Source of the DNA: Microgenomates group bacterium
GTDB taxonomy: Bacteria > Patescibacteriota > Microgenomatia > UBA10105 > UBA927
DNA: 64,000 nucleotides
Direction of reading: 5' to 3'
Assembly (NCBI GenBank): GCA_049287205.1
Contig: JBAQFJ010000001.1
Coordinates: 639,041-703,040 of the forward strand
Made by a program: the position numbers and the translations under genes. Of this stretch, positions 30,967 through 41,324 are shown piece by piece. Numbering within the stretch: the stretch's first letter is position 1; every line of letters begins with the position of its first letter. The notes under the pieces are model-generated. The model had not been told where the DNA came from, did not search any database, and worked only from the letters and a program-made list of their open reading frames with translations.

Positions 30967-31815
30967 CTAAAGTTCTTCCGCTACCCGATCACTTTTCCCC
31001 ATGAATACTTCATGGATTCCCTGCATCCTGAGGAGAAAATGTTCCTGTTTGTGCAATGGATGGTTGTCAAAATCGATAAACTGATCCACTTTTTCTTTTT
31101 GCGTCTCATGGCACAAAAGCGCTTTACCTTTGATCAATTTTGTCTCATCAATGTCTATGGAGGTGGTGACAAACTTATCCTTCAACCCGTATAAAGGCCT
31201 GTCAAATGATTCCTCAGGGATGACACCAACCTTTTGCAGGTATGCCGTAACATGCTCCGGCATACAGACATAATATAATTTCGGTTCTTTGCTTTCGGGA
31301 TCCCGCGAGCCAAACATCTGTTCCCGAGCCGCTTCTTTCCACACCCTTCCTCTTCCTGGGCGAAATGTTTCCGGCTGTTTTAATTCTTCAATATGTTCTG
31401 TATATTTCTGAAAAGCAAATGTGGTCGCGAAACATGTTTTTATACGGTCAGGATCATTGTCAAATCCTGTTGTATCATACGTGATCACCACATCCGGCTT
31501 TAATTCTTCCATCTTTTTTGTGATCGGATCTTCAAGCGTTCCGGGAGAAAGTGTCGATAATGCGCCATCGGGTTGTGACAGATAGAAAACTTCCTGAATG
31601 CCCAAGAGCCGTGCGGCAGCATCTGATTCTTTTTTCCTGAGGTCGGCAAGCGCCTGATCTTTCGCCCACGTAAACGTACCGCTGTCCCCTTTTTCTCCGT
31701 TTGTGGCAATGATGAGCTGCACTTTCCAACCTAAAGCTGTGTATTTTGCGATCGTCCCGCCCGTCAGAAATGACTCGTCGCTCGGATGTGCAAACACAAT
31801 AAGCATTGTTTTCAT
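30967..31815 (-). CDS. PIG-L/LmbE family N-acetylglucosaminyl deacetylase
   Basis: N-terminal IVFAHPSDES (the HPDDE-like signature) and a metal-binding His further downstream. Confidence 0.7.
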   Translation of the reverse strand: MKTMLIVFAHPSDESFLTGGTIAKYTALGWKVQLIIATNGEKGDSGTFTWAKDQALADLRKKESDAAARLLGIQEVFYLSQPDGALSTLSPGTLEDPITKKMEELKPDVVITYDTTGFDNDPDRIKTCFATTFAFQKYTEHIEELKQPETFRPGRGRVWKEAAREQMFGSRDPESKEPKLYYVCMPEHVTAYLQKVGVIPEESFDRPLYGLKDKFVTTSIDIDETKLIKGKALLCHETQKEKVDQFIDFDNHPLHKQEHFLLRMQGIHEVFMGKSDRVAEEL

Positions 31816-32696
31816 GGTACAATTCTATCATGAATGCCATACCTACCGCTTACGCAAATGACTGGACAGAATACGCTCTCCTTGATAGTGGTCGTGGCGA
31901 AAAATTGGAAAGCTTTGCTGGATACACGATGATCAGGCCTGATCCCCGCGCAATTTGGGAGCCAAAACAACCAAAAAGTATTTGGGAAGCAGCTGATGCA
32001 CACTTTATCAGAACTGATAGCGATCATGGCGATTGGAACATCGTTAAGCAACCGCCAAATCCTTGGACAATCAAATATCATGACATGCAATTCGTGCTTC
32101 ATCCAACAGATTTCAAACACGTAGGTATTTTCCCTGAACAAGCAGTGAACTGGTCATGGATGCAATCCATTATTAAACCGGGTGACACAGTATTAAATCT
32201 TTTTGGATACACAGGGGCTGCAACAGTTGCGTGTACTCAAGCAGGCGCACATGTGACCCATGTTGACAGCTCTAAACCTTCCATTACATGGGCGCATGAA
32301 AATTGTACACAAAACAATATTCCTATTGAACAAACCAGATGGATTGTTGAAGATGTAATGAAATTTGTCGTCCGCGAAGGAAATCGCGGAAATACCTATG
32401 ACGGCATTATTCTTGACCCTCCCCGATTTGGGAGAGGAGCCAAAGGAGAAGTATGGAAGCTTGCAAATGATTTACCATATCTCCTTCCATCTATAAAACG
32501 TATCATGTCAAAAAATCCATCTTTTGTGCTGCTTAATGCATACACGGCTGACCTATCAAGCATTGCACTCTATAACATAATGGATGAAGTTTTCTCATCA
32601 TTTGGAGGCAGAATCACTTTTGGAGAGTTAACGACGAAAGAAAAAAACTCAGAGCGATTATTGCCGCAGGGATCGTTTGTCAGATGGCAAAGATAA
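31806..32696 (+). CDS. Class I SAM-dependent methyltransferase (RlmI/YccW-like rRNA methyltransferase family)
   Basis: LNLFGYTGAATVACTQAGA motif, acidic VDSS, and ILDPPRFGRG. Confidence 0.55.
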   Translation: MFSWYNSIMNAIPTAYANDWTEYALLDSGRGEKLESFAGYTMIRPDPRAIWEPKQPKSIWEAADAHFIRTDSDHGDWNIVKQPPNPWTIKYHDMQFVLHPTDFKHVGIFPEQAVNWSWMQSIIKPGDTVLNLFGYTGAATVACTQAGAHVTHVDSSKPSITWAHENCTQNNIPIEQTRWIVEDVMKFVVREGNRGNTYDGIILDPPRFGRGAKGEVWKLANDLPYLLPSIKRIMSKNPSFVLLNAYTADLSSIALYNIMDEVFSSFGGRITFGELTTKEKNSERLLPQGSFVRWQR

Positions 32697-33152
32697 TTAC
32701 GGAAGTAATTTCCCTGCAAGATACGCGATAGTGACACCGCCCAGTGCACCGATCATAGGTCCCCATAACACTTCAAGTAATGTAATTTCGAGCCCCCAGT
32801 TATTGATGAGGGCATAATTAACCAATCCATAAACAGAAATTGCAAGTATTCCGCACGCCGCACCAATCAGTGCACCGGCGCCTAATTTTGGATGCCCTCC
32901 GGTTTTATATAACACCAAAAACATCGTTGCAGCTACGAGAAGTAATTGAGAAAGAACACCTGGAATAAGCTGCAGATCCATTTTTCCGTTTGCCATTCGA
33001 GCTATGGGGAGAAACCATTCACTGTACTGTCTTCCAAAAAGAACAAGATGCCATAGCGCATCAACAATACTGATGGCTATAAAGGACAAGAGATACACTA
33101 AAAAAATCATATCGCATCCTCCTTTTATTCCGTCCTGAGGAGTATACCACAA
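32697..33152 (-). CDS. Hypothetical integral membrane protein with about four TM helices
   Basis: Hydrophobic ORF. The likely start is the internal MIFLVYLL. Confidence 0.5.
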   Translation of the reverse strand: MWYTPQDGIKGGCDMIFLVYLLSFIAISIVDALWHLVLFGRQYSEWFLPIARMANGKMDLQLIPGVLSQLLLVAATMFLVLYKTGGHPKLGAGALIGAACGILAISVYGLVNYALINNWGLEITLLEVLWGPMIGALGGVTIAYLAGKLLP

Positions 33153-33200
33153 TTTCCATTTTTTGCATTATTTAGCATTCAACTGTTCTTCAGCATTTTC

Positions 33201-33593
33201 GTGGTATTATCAACATATATGAAAAAGGAACTAATTTTTTCCAGCATTATTACTGTTATTCTCATCATTGGAGTATTGATTTGGAATCAACAACCGACAC
33301 AAACAATAACGACAACCGGAAATACAACAACAACGCAATCATCAAACACAGCCTTAATCACAAGCGCTGAAGTTGCAAAACATGCTACGGCCGTTGATTG
33401 TTGGATTATCATCAACAAAAATGCCTATAACGTCACGACATATCTTGATACGCATGAAGGTGGCAGTGAAACGATCATTCCAACGTGCGGCACGGATGCG
33501 ACGGATGCGTATGACGCAATCAAAGAAGGAAGAGGTCATTCAACAAAAGCTGCAGAAGATCTTTCAACCCTCCTCGTCGGTGCTGTACAATAA
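33201..33593 (+). CDS. Membrane-anchored cytochrome b5-like heme-binding domain protein
   Basis: N-terminal TM helix, a Thr-rich linker, then a cyt-b5-like core with HEGG (an HPGG-like motif) and CW residues. Confidence 0.5.
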   Translation: MVLSTYMKKELIFSSIITVILIIGVLIWNQQPTQTITTTGNTTTTQSSNTALITSAEVAKHATAVDCWIIINKNAYNVTTYLDTHEGGSETIIPTCGTDATDAYDAIKEGRGHSTKAAEDLSTLLVGAVQ

Positions 33594-33599
33594 ATACAT

Positions 33600-33878
33600 A
33601 TGAGAAATGTTCAAATATTTCTTTGGTGTAAAAAAATTCACCGCTACCTCGTCCTGATTATGACAGTGTTAGGTGTATTGATGGGGACAACGGGATATAT
33701 GATGCACGAAGGTATATATAGTATTTTACCCGCCGGACAGATCAGAACACTACACAATAATTTCAGTGTGCTGTTCGCTGTCGTTTTGGGAATTATGACC
33801 ATCACAGGTCTCTATCTTTTTATTTTTCCGTATTTGAAAGCAAAACAACCACTACAGCCACCGCCGTTATCCAATTGA
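33600..33878 (+). CDS. Small hypothetical membrane protein with two TM helices
   Basis: 92-aa hydrophobic ORF, 7 nt downstream of the cyt-b5-like gene. Confidence 0.4.
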   Translation: MRNVQIFLWCKKIHRYLVLIMTVLGVLMGTTGYMMHEGIYSILPAGQIRTLHNNFSVLFAVVLGIMTITGLYLFIFPYLKAKQPLQPPPLSN

Positions 33879-34340
33879 AGAAATTGTGTATGTTGCAACT
33901 CCTGAAGGTATAACCACAGAAACAGTGTCGTTTTTCTGTTTTCCCATGATCGCTTTTCCTATCGGCGACAAATAGGAAATCGTGTGATTTTTTGGATCGG
34001 ATTCATACCCGCCCACAATCGTAAACGTTGAATCTTTGGCTCCATCATTGATCGTCACAGTGGTGCCGATATCCACAAATCCTGTATTTGCTGATTCGAC
34101 AATCTTTCCATATCGGATCAGGCGTTCAAGATGCCGTAGTCTTGCGTCTACTGTCGATAGCTTTGCACGCGATGCCTTATAATAGCCATTTTCTGAAAGA
34201 TCCCCCATCTCCCGTGCCTTCCTCAAATTTTCAACAGCATCCGGTCGGTCTGTAAGCAATTTCTTTTTTTCATCTACGATTGCCTGATAGCCGTCTTTTG
34301 TAAACGGAATTCTTTTCGGTAATGGGATAAAAACTTTCAT
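33867..34340 (-). CDS. Second GreA/GreB family elongation factor paralog. Start taken at the internal MKVFIPLP.
   Basis: GDLSENGYY acidic tip and a C-terminal FKBP-like domain. Confidence 0.75.
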   Translation of the reverse strand: MKVFIPLPKRIPFTKDGYQAIVDEKKKLLTDRPDAVENLRKAREMGDLSENGYYKASRAKLSTVDARLRHLERLIRYGKIVESANTGFVDIGTTVTINDGAKDSTFTIVGGYESDPKNHTISYLSPIGKAIMGKQKNDTVSVVIPSGVATYTISSIG

Positions 34341-34347
34341 GGGGTGT

Positions 34348-34821
34348 TTATTTTTGCACTTGCTGTATGTCTTTAAGAATTTGACCTGCATGTGTGATTG
34401 GATTCACATTTTCATACACTTTTTGAATTATTCCGTCGGGACCTATGAGTGTCGTTGTCCGTTTCACTCCTTCAAATTCCTTGCCCATAAATTTTTTCAT
34501 TCCCCATGCGCCGTATGCCTTAATCACTTCTTTTGATTCATCACTTAACAGGGGGAATTGCAAATGATATTTTTCTACAAATTTTTTATGAGACGCGACA
34601 GAATCTTTTGACACTCCGAGAATCACAACGCCCGCATCAGTAAAATCTTTGAAACTGTCTCTGAAATTACACGCTTCTTTTGTACATCCCGGCGTATCAT
34701 CTTTCGGATAAAAATAGAGAATAATCCATTTTCCTTTATACTGGGAAAGTGTATGCATTATTCCCGTCTGATCAAAAAGTGAAAATGATGGTGCATGAGT
34801 CATATTACCGGACAAGTCCAA
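34348..34821 (-). CDS. bcp: Peroxiredoxin Bcp (AhpC/TSA family)
   Basis: YFYPKDDTPGCTKEAC active-site motif. Confidence 0.88.
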   Translation of the reverse strand: MDLSGNMTHAPSFSLFDQTGIMHTLSQYKGKWIILYFYPKDDTPGCTKEACNFRDSFKDFTDAGVVILGVSKDSVASHKKFVEKYHLQFPLLSDESKEVIKAYGAWGMKKFMGKEFEGVKRTTTLIGPDGIIQKVYENVNPITHAGQILKDIQQVQK

Positions 34822-35377
34822 GCGGCATATACCATGTATACGGTTTCTGACACACAGGACATTTTGCTGGAGGCATCTTTCCTTTATAAATGTATCCGCA
34901 GTTTACACATTTCCATTCAAGTTCTGCGTCCTGATCATACAAAGTCTTTGCATCCAGATGACGAGCAAGAATGATATAGCGTTCTTCATGTTTTTCTTCA
35001 ACTTTTTTCAAATTTCCAAATAATCGAGCTGCATCACCATCCTTTTCTTCAATTGCAATCTTCTCAAATTCCGGATACATGGAAGTCCATTCATATTTTT
35101 CTCCCGCAGCGGCCATGTTCAGATTATCGACGGTGTTTGTTGAGAACCCTTCGATATCCAATGTGATATTCGGCACAGAGACTGCACCTTTTATTTGTTC
35201 AAATAATTCTTCCGCATGCGCCCGTTCATTATCCGCGGTTTCCTCAAACACCCGCGCAATCCATTCCAGGTTTTCTTTCCGTGCCATCTTGGCAAACATA
35301 TGATACTTGTTTCTCGCTTGGCTTTCCCCTGCGAATGCTTTCAGTAAATTTTGCTGGGTCAACGGTGATGTGTTCAT
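34805..35377 (-). CDS. rbr: Rubrerythrin
   Basis: Diiron ExxH motifs in the N-terminal four-helix bundle. C-terminal rubredoxin-like CVNCG...CPVC. Confidence 0.9.
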   Translation of the reverse strand: MNTSPLTQQNLLKAFAGESQARNKYHMFAKMARKENLEWIARVFEETADNERAHAEELFEQIKGAVSVPNITLDIEGFSTNTVDNLNMAAAGEKYEWTSMYPEFEKIAIEEKDGDAARLFGNLKKVEEKHEERYIILARHLDAKTLYDQDAELEWKCVNCGYIYKGKMPPAKCPVCQKPYTWYMPLGLVR

Positions 35378-35407
35378 ATGGCTCTATTATACAATGATTT
35401 ACAAAAC

Positions 35408-35668
35408 TTATTTCCCTTTCATCCAATATTGTTTAACAACGCTAAGCGTCAACGTTGAAAGAAAAAACCCGACAGCAGGAACAAGTGCGTTTAACCATGG
35501 ATTTGCAACGTGAATAATCTGTAAATACAATCCGATAGCGACATAGGTAAACATAATTACTGCAATTCTTCGCACCCAACTTGTTTCCCATCGTTTATCC
35601 CATTCCACACGATTATTTCTTTTTTCAATTGCACCGATTCGTTTTTCAAGTTCTTGAAGTGTCACCAT
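35408..35668 (-). CDS. Small hypothetical membrane protein with two TM helices
   Basis: 86-aa ORF with an amphipathic N-terminus and two hydrophobic helices. Confidence 0.4.
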   Translation of the reverse strand: MVTLQELEKRIGAIEKRNNRVEWDKRWETSWVRRIAVIMFTYVAIGLYLQIIHVANPWLNALVPAVGFFLSTLTLSVVKQYWMKGK

Positions 35669-35669
35669 A

Positions 35670-36383
35670 TTATTTCTCTATGATTTCAATGGTTGAAACA
35701 ATGGTCGGATTCACGGGAGTTGATCCTTCACCGCCCGGTTTGGTTGCAGCTGTCGCAATTTTATCAACAACCTCCATACCACTGGTCACATGACCAAAGA
35801 TTACGTAATTTTTTGGCAATGGATAATCGGCGTGCATGATAAAAAACTGGCTGCCATTTGTGTTCGGTCCTGCGTTTGCCATGGCAATCGTCCCCTTGGT
35901 ATATTCTCCTATAAACGGTTCGTCATCAAACTGATATCCAGGTCCCCCCGTACCTGTTCCATTTGGATCTCCACCCTGAATCATAAATCCCTTGATGATC
36001 CGATGAAAAATTGTGCTGTCGTAAAAATTTTTCCTCGCAAGCGTCACAAAATTATTGACTGTTATCGGTGTTGCACTCGCATTCAATGCGACGGTGATGT
36101 CACCAAGATTTGTTTTTAACACTGCATCATAGGCTTTCTTCGTATCAATTTCCATAGTTGCTGGCCCTTTCTGTGAAATAATTGTTGGTACTGGTGTTGT
36201 CGTTGGTGTTACCGGTGTCGAATCGATAAACGTTTCCTTCGGTTTTGTCTCAGTTTTTTGCAGTTTGATTGTATCTCCGAGCACTGTCGTTGGTTCTTCA
36301 ACGGGACGCGTTTTCAACCAGACGGCAATACCGCCTAAAAAAATTGCGAAAATTACAATAATGACACTTGCCTTTTTTGCCAT
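35670..36383 (-). CDS. Peptidyl-prolyl cis-trans isomerase (cyclophilin type), membrane-anchored and extracytoplasmic
   Basis: FHRIIKGFMIQGGD and GTIAMANAGPNTNGSQFFI motifs. N-terminal TM helix. Confidence 0.9.
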   Translation of the reverse strand: MAKKASVIIVIFAIFLGGIAVWLKTRPVEEPTTVLGDTIKLQKTETKPKETFIDSTPVTPTTTPVPTIISQKGPATMEIDTKKAYDAVLKTNLGDITVALNASATPITVNNFVTLARKNFYDSTIFHRIIKGFMIQGGDPNGTGTGGPGYQFDDEPFIGEYTKGTIAMANAGPNTNGSQFFIMHADYPLPKNYVIFGHVTSGMEVVDKIATAATKPGGEGSTPVNPTIVSTIEIIEK

Positions 36384-36401
36384 TTTCCTAGTATATCAGA
36401 A

Positions 36402-37112
36402 TTATTTTTCCATCGCTTTTTTCCTGAGTGGTTGCGGCATAAGTTCTATCGCATACCGAAGCGCGGTGCGAGGCATGACTTTTTTATGTTTGACCACATA
36501 CGCAAATACTTCTTGTTGATGTAAACGACTTGCCTCTTTTAACATCCAACCGTATCCTTTTTGCACCATGTCATCCGTATCTAAAAGTAAAATATCTGCA
36601 ATTTCAAAAACATCTCCAAGAAACTTTCCGTGCTTGGCGGGAACAATAAGCGATACAGCAGCAGCCCGTTTCACCCAACGATTTTTGGACGTTGCCCATT
36701 GTTTTAACACCGAAACTTGCTCGGGATATTTTTCTATATATTCCCCAAGAGTGTGATTGCAAAATCCGTCACACGATGCCCAATTGGTAATATAGGAATT
36801 TATCCAACGATAAAAAGTGTCAAGATCTTTCTTTTCAAATTGCTTTGCAAGATTCGGCACCCAAGTAGAAACAACAAATGATTCTTCCATGATGCCTGAT
36901 GTATACAATTCTTCACACATGGCAAAAATTTCTTTTTTCGATAACGCTTTTATTTCTTTCCAATATTTTTTTGCGATTGCAACCACTATGCCAGTTTTCA
37001 CCCCATAGACTCGAATTGCTTCTTTGAAAAAATGGCCTGCCGATTCTTTTGTCTTTTCATCCGCATTCTGTTGTAATTCTCTCCGGATAGAAGAAATAAT
37101 AGAAGTATTCAT
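36402..37112 (-). CDS. DNA alkylation repair protein (AlkC/AlkD HEAT-like repeat glycosylase family)
   Basis: Full-length similarity to the DNA_alkylation family, including WASCDGFC. Confidence 0.75.
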   Translation of the reverse strand: MNTSIISSIRRELQQNADEKTKESAGHFFKEAIRVYGVKTGIVVAIAKKYWKEIKALSKKEIFAMCEELYTSGIMEESFVVSTWVPNLAKQFEKKDLDTFYRWINSYITNWASCDGFCNHTLGEYIEKYPEQVSVLKQWATSKNRWVKRAAAVSLIVPAKHGKFLGDVFEIADILLLDTDDMVQKGYGWMLKEASRLHQQEVFAYVVKHKKVMPRTALRYAIELMPQPLRKKAMEK

Positions 37113-37118
37113 GAAATA

Positions 37119-37997
37119 TTATGAAATGGTTTCAATAAACTTTTTAATAATTACGCCTAATTCTGTTTCTTTCCCCTCATATCCATGTGAACAATCAGTA
37201 ATTTGCACTATTGTTGCATGTTTATTTTCTTTCTTCATAAGTGCAATCGCATCAGAAATCGGAATCACTGTATATTCATTTCGATCTCCAACTACACCCA
37301 ACATTGGAATATTTATTTTAGAATAGTTTGGAAGAGTCGTTCCGTTTCGAAGCGGTAAGACATTCGATAATTCTGAATTATCACTCATAAGACTCGCATA
37401 CGACTGCGCAGTCTGCGGTAATTCGCCACAATTTGCGTATGGATCGGATAATAACTGCAAGGGTTTCCCTTGTTGAAGTAAATTATTTGCTTCCTGAAGG
37501 TACGCACTATTTTCTTTATTAATACGCGCTAAATACTTCAATTGTGTTCCATAAGAATCGGTAAACCCAAGCAATATGAGCGCTTTTATCTTATCGCGAT
37601 ACTTTCCCTGTAGTGCATAATACTGAATTTTATTTGTTCCAAAACTGTGTCCCTCTAAAATGATGTTTGTATATTTGCGTTCCAACGCATATTCAATCCA
37701 TGCATCGATATCCAATACGCACTCTTCAAATATTTCAATCGCAGAACCACGATATTTTGTTCCAACCTCAACATCATACACTCCTGTTCCTCTACTATTC
37801 GTCGAAAGAAACGAACAGATACCTGCATCCGCGAATGTTCTAAGCTCGGGGAAAAAAGTGCTGACGTAGAAATTTCCAGCACTTCCATGCATATGAATAA
37901 TAATAGTATCCTTATTAACGCCTTCGCTTAACAACCCATGAAGTGAATATCCATCAGTTGTTTTAACATGAACAATTGTATGAGATTGTTTATCCAT
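37119..37997 (-). CDS. Alpha/beta hydrolase
   Basis: GHSFG nucleophile elbow, an HGS oxyanion region, and a C-terminal His. Confidence 0.75.
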   Translation of the reverse strand: MDKQSHTIVHVKTTDGYSLHGLLSEGVNKDTIIIHMHGSAGNFYVSTFFPELRTFADAGICSFLSTNSRGTGVYDVEVGTKYRGSAIEIFEECVLDIDAWIEYALERKYTNIILEGHSFGTNKIQYYALQGKYRDKIKALILLGFTDSYGTQLKYLARINKENSAYLQEANNLLQQGKPLQLLSDPYANCGELPQTAQSYASLMSDNSELSNVLPLRNGTTLPNYSKINIPMLGVVGDRNEYTVIPISDAIALMKKENKHATIVQITDCSHGYEGKETELGVIIKKFIETIS

Positions 37998-37999
37998 AG

Positions 38000-38299
38000 T
38001 TACTCTTCAATATCAAAAGCAATTCCCTTATCGCATATTGGATCAATAAACTTCTTTATCAATTCTTTACTCAAAGGGTGCGGAACATAATCATCTCGAC
38101 TTTGTGCATTCTTAAAAGTCATGATAAAACCATGTGTATACCCTTTTTCAAGATGCTCAATACTCATTGAGGTCCCCCAGACATAATGCGTAATCCCCGA
38201 AATTTTTTTGGATAAAATTTCCAGCGCATCAGCAAGCTTCTGAATTTTTTCTGGAGCTGTATTTTCGTAGAATTTGAATAAAACAATATGATGTATCAT
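38000..38299 (-). CDS. Dabb family stress-responsive alpha/beta-barrel protein
   Basis: 99 aa. MIHHIVLFKF start, typical of Dabb. Confidence 0.75.
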   Translation of the reverse strand: MIHHIVLFKFYENTAPEKIQKLADALEILSKKISGITHYVWGTSMSIEHLEKGYTHGFIMTFKNAQSRDDYVPHPLSKELIKKFIDPICDKGIAFDIEE

Positions 38300-38405
38300 A
38301 TGAATTCATTATAGAATAAAAATTTGAATGAGTAAAAAAACTATCTCATTGCAACTTTATTTTATAATCTCATATGTATGTATTTTAATACTTAAGAAAT
38401 ATGTT

Positions 38406-38978
38406 TCAAACTACATGCTCAATCGCTGAAAGAAGTGAACTTCTGCCTTCATTCGTTTTCGTGCTATAGGGAATAACCGTCGCGCCGCCTGCAAGTTTTG
38501 TAATTTCTTCAATTTGTTTTTTCTGATCATTTTTTGATAATTTATCAATCTTGTTTGCGATAATGACACGATCAATATTCAATCCCGCAAGATATTCAAC
38601 CATCTGCAAATCAAAATCCGTCATGCCGACAACGCTGTCAACGATATGAATAACCGTTCTTCGTTTCACCTCAGAATATTCGAAATACCACATCATCATT
38701 TTCCGATAGCGTTCCCTCTCGTCCGCCGGTGCGTGTGCAAAACCATATCCCGGAAAATCAACAAAATGAAATTTGTTGTTAATTAAAAAGATATCCAGAT
38801 GTTTTGTCTTTCCGGGGGCTTTACTGGATCTTGCCAATTTTTCATGTACGAGCGAATTAATCAGACTGGATTTCCCGACATTAGAACGCCCGACAAACGC
38901 AATCTGATATTTCCCGTCATACAAAATTTTGTCTGTTCCGTTAATGCTTTTTACAAAAGTGGCTGTTGTTATTGTCAT
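38406..38978 (-). CDS. engB: Ribosome biogenesis GTPase EngB/YsxC. Start taken at the internal MTITT; the track ORF begins at 39041.
   Basis: G1 GRSNVGKSSLIN, DFPGYGF, NKIDK. Confidence 0.88.
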   Translation of the reverse strand: MTITTATFVKSINGTDKILYDGKYQIAFVGRSNVGKSSLINSLVHEKLARSSKAPGKTKHLDIFLINNKFHFVDFPGYGFAHAPADERERYRKMMMWYFEYSEVKRRTVIHIVDSVVGMTDFDLQMVEYLAGLNIDRVIIANKIDKLSKNDQKKQIEEITKLAGGATVIPYSTKTNEGRSSLLSAIEHVV

Positions 38979-38988
38979 AGTGTGTATA

Positions 38989-39489
38989 TTATGGACCGGT
39001 ACTAATGCCTGCAATTTTCCAATCTGATCCTTCTTTTTCAACTGAAATCCATCGAATATTCACTCCCTTGTCATATCCATAATACGGAATTGGGCCATTT
39101 GCTGAATCCTCATTCATTTCTACATCCATGGTTATTTGATACGTTTCCTGCATAGTTGTCCATGCTTCTTGCATAGATGGTTCAATCTTTTGAACTGACA
39201 GTTTGGTAAATGCAGCAAATTGTACTCCCCATGCTTGTTTTGTGGCATCATCAGGAACCGAGCTTTTTGTCATCATGAGTATTGCCTCTGTTATCTTTTT
39301 CTCTGAAATATTTTGCAAAAACTTCTCGACTGTTTTTTTGGCACTTGATACCTCCTCAATAATTGGAGGAACAGATACTTCTGTTGGCAACGGAACAGTT
39401 AAAGCTGTAGGAATACTGTTTGGTCGCAAAATAACAGCCGCTCCGACCGCAAGGATAATAAAACCGATGACCAGAAAAAACTTATTCAT
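38989..39489 (-). CDS. Hypothetical secreted or membrane-anchored protein
   Basis: N-terminal signal/TM helix; 166 aa; no recognised motif. Confidence 0.45.
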   Translation of the reverse strand: MNKFFLVIGFIILAVGAAVILRPNSIPTALTVPLPTEVSVPPIIEEVSSAKKTVEKFLQNISEKKITEAILMMTKSSVPDDATKQAWGVQFAAFTKLSVQKIEPSMQEAWTTMQETYQITMDVEMNEDSANGPIPYYGYDKGVNIRWISVEKEGSDWKIAGISTGP

Positions 39490-39498
39490 ATATGAGTA

Positions 39499-39822
39499 TT
39501 ATACCTTACCATCCCAAAGACTCGAAGAAAGATCAACTTTTTCATTTCTAAACTTCACTCCTTCACCAACAAGCATGGATTTCTTTTTGGCAATGCCACC
39601 GGAAGCAGAAAAACCCGTAAGACTTCCATCAGAAGCAACAACTCTATGACACGGAACACGAGGAGCAAAGGGATTGGTTCTCATACACGTACCAACTGCA
39701 CGAGCGGCTTTCGGATTTCCAACCAGTCTTGCTATCTGCCCGTATGTTGCAACTTTTCCCTTTGGAATGTTCGATGTTATTGTATATACGACGTCTTTGA
39801 ATGACATATTATTCTGCACCAA
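39499..39822 (-). CDS. ogt: Methylated-DNA--protein-cysteine methyltransferase (Ogt/MGMT), short single-domain form
   Basis: Active-site PCHRVV and HTH YGQIA. Confidence 0.88.
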   Translation of the reverse strand: MVQNNMSFKDVVYTITSNIPKGKVATYGQIARLVGNPKAARAVGTCMRTNPFAPRVPCHRVVASDGSLTGFSASGGIAKKKSMLVGEGVKFRNEKVDLSSSLWDGKV

Positions 39823-40564
39823 ACATCTTCACCAGTATCATAATCGCGATTCCGACAAGAAACATACCAAATGAGGCAATCGTTCGTTTTAAACTTTGTT
39901 CTTTCCGTATTTCCGGCATGAGATCAGATGCTGCAATGTAAATAAATCCTCCCGCTGCAAACGGCAGCAGATAGGCGATAAAATGCTCGGCATATAAGGA
40001 TAGGAAGTATCCTGTCACACCTCCTAAGATTGCAATACAGGCGACAAAAAAATTTGAAATCAGCGCCTTTTTCTTTTCAAATCCTGAATAAAGAAGTACA
40101 CCAAAATCACCGATTTCCTGCGGAATCTCATGCATGGCAACGGTCAGTGTTGTGGCAATTCCTAAAGGAATGGACGTCATAAATGTTGCGGCGATGATAA
40201 GCCCATCAATGAAATTGTGCACTCCGTCACCTATCAGATTCATGTATCCAAATGTATGTACATCACAGTGTCCTTTGTGGCAATGCCGCCAGTGAAGCAA
40301 TTTTTCAATAAAGAAAAAGCAGACAAATGAAAATAAAACGATACCAAACGCCATCATTGGGTCCATCATATCAACGGATTCAGGCAATAAATGAATAAAT
40401 GCACCCCCCATGAGCGCTCCCGCTGATAACGCCACGAGGGACATAAGAATTTTATTCAACACTTTCTCTTTCAACGAAAATGTCACAACTCCGGCGAGCC
40501 CGCCAAGACTGATAATAATATTTGCGATGATAATCGCGATAAGTGTATCCATAATTATTGGCAC
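39809..40564 (-). CDS. zupT: ZIP family metal (zinc) transporter
   Basis: HEIPQEIGDFGVL motif, His-rich loop, eight TM helices. Confidence 0.85.
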   Translation of the reverse strand: MPIIMDTLIAIIIANIIISLGGLAGVVTFSLKEKVLNKILMSLVALSAGALMGGAFIHLLPESVDMMDPMMAFGIVLFSFVCFFFIEKLLHWRHCHKGHCDVHTFGYMNLIGDGVHNFIDGLIIAATFMTSIPLGIATTLTVAMHEIPQEIGDFGVLLYSGFEKKKALISNFFVACIAILGGVTGYFLSLYAEHFIAYLLPFAAGGFIYIAASDLMPEIRKEQSLKRTIASFGMFLVGIAIMILVKMFGAE

Positions 40565-40950
40565 TTGTTACAAAGACCAAAAAATTCAAGGCTATGCCGC
40601 AGCACTTTGAATTTTGTTTTTATACGTAGTTGTTTTAACAATAATTTTTCCTGCACCGGCACATCTTCAACTGCGCCACATTTCTCGCACACGAGATGAT
40701 GGTGATGTGGGAGACTTGCTGACTCATACCTAAATTTTCCTTCATGAAAATCTATTTGCTGTAATTCGCCATTACCAACAAATGTTTTCATTGTCCTATA
40801 TATCGTCGCCTCATCAATGTGTACATGCTTCTTTCTAAACGTTTTTTTAATATCTTCAATAGAAAGCGGTTTATGCGAATCTTTAATGCACGACAATATC
40901 GCGTCCCGAGAAGAAGTTTTGCGGAAACAACATAAAATATCTTTCTGCAT
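40555..40950 (-). CDS. Fur family transcriptional regulator, likely Zur given the ZIP neighbour
   Basis: HHHH, CEKCG...CNKC metal sites. Confidence 0.8.
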   Translation of the reverse strand: MQKDILCCFRKTSSRDAILSCIKDSHKPLSIEDIKKTFRKKHVHIDEATIYRTMKTFVGNGELQQIDFHEGKFRYESASLPHHHHLVCEKCGAVEDVPVQEKLLLKQLRIKTKFKVLRHSLEFFGLCNKCQ

Positions 40951-41004
40951 AATACGAAGTGTAGCAGTACCGAATCATTATTGCAAGTAACTTGCATTAG
41001 AATC

Positions 41005-41295
41005 TCAACAATTTTCCCATCTATACTTTGGGTGTTTCTTTTCAAATGCTGTAACCGCCTCTTTCATTACGAGATGCCATTTCTCTTTTTTTGACGCTCC
41101 TACGAGGCTTGCTAATGCACACCTGCATAAGGTCGGATCCACTTTTCGAAGTAATTCTTCAAAAACCGTATACGGATCACGGGCCAGAAACTCTTCCGCT
41201 GAATCGATTCCAATTTTATTCAGTTTTCCTTCGATCACTTTTCCAATATTTGGAAGCGTTGATACTTTACTCATAATGTAAATATAGTATATCAA
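41005..41295 (-). CDS. TfoX C-terminal domain-like small protein (competence-associated HhH fold)
   Basis: LPNIG...GIDSAEEF pattern. The likely start is the internal MSKVSTLPNIG. Confidence 0.5.
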   Translation of the reverse strand: MIYYIYIMSKVSTLPNIGKVIEGKLNKIGIDSAEEFLARDPYTVFEELLRKVDPTLCRCALASLVGASKKEKWHLVMKEAVTAFEKKHPKYRWENC

Positions 41296-41324
41296 GGAGA
41301 CAACAATGCAGCCAACAACTGCTA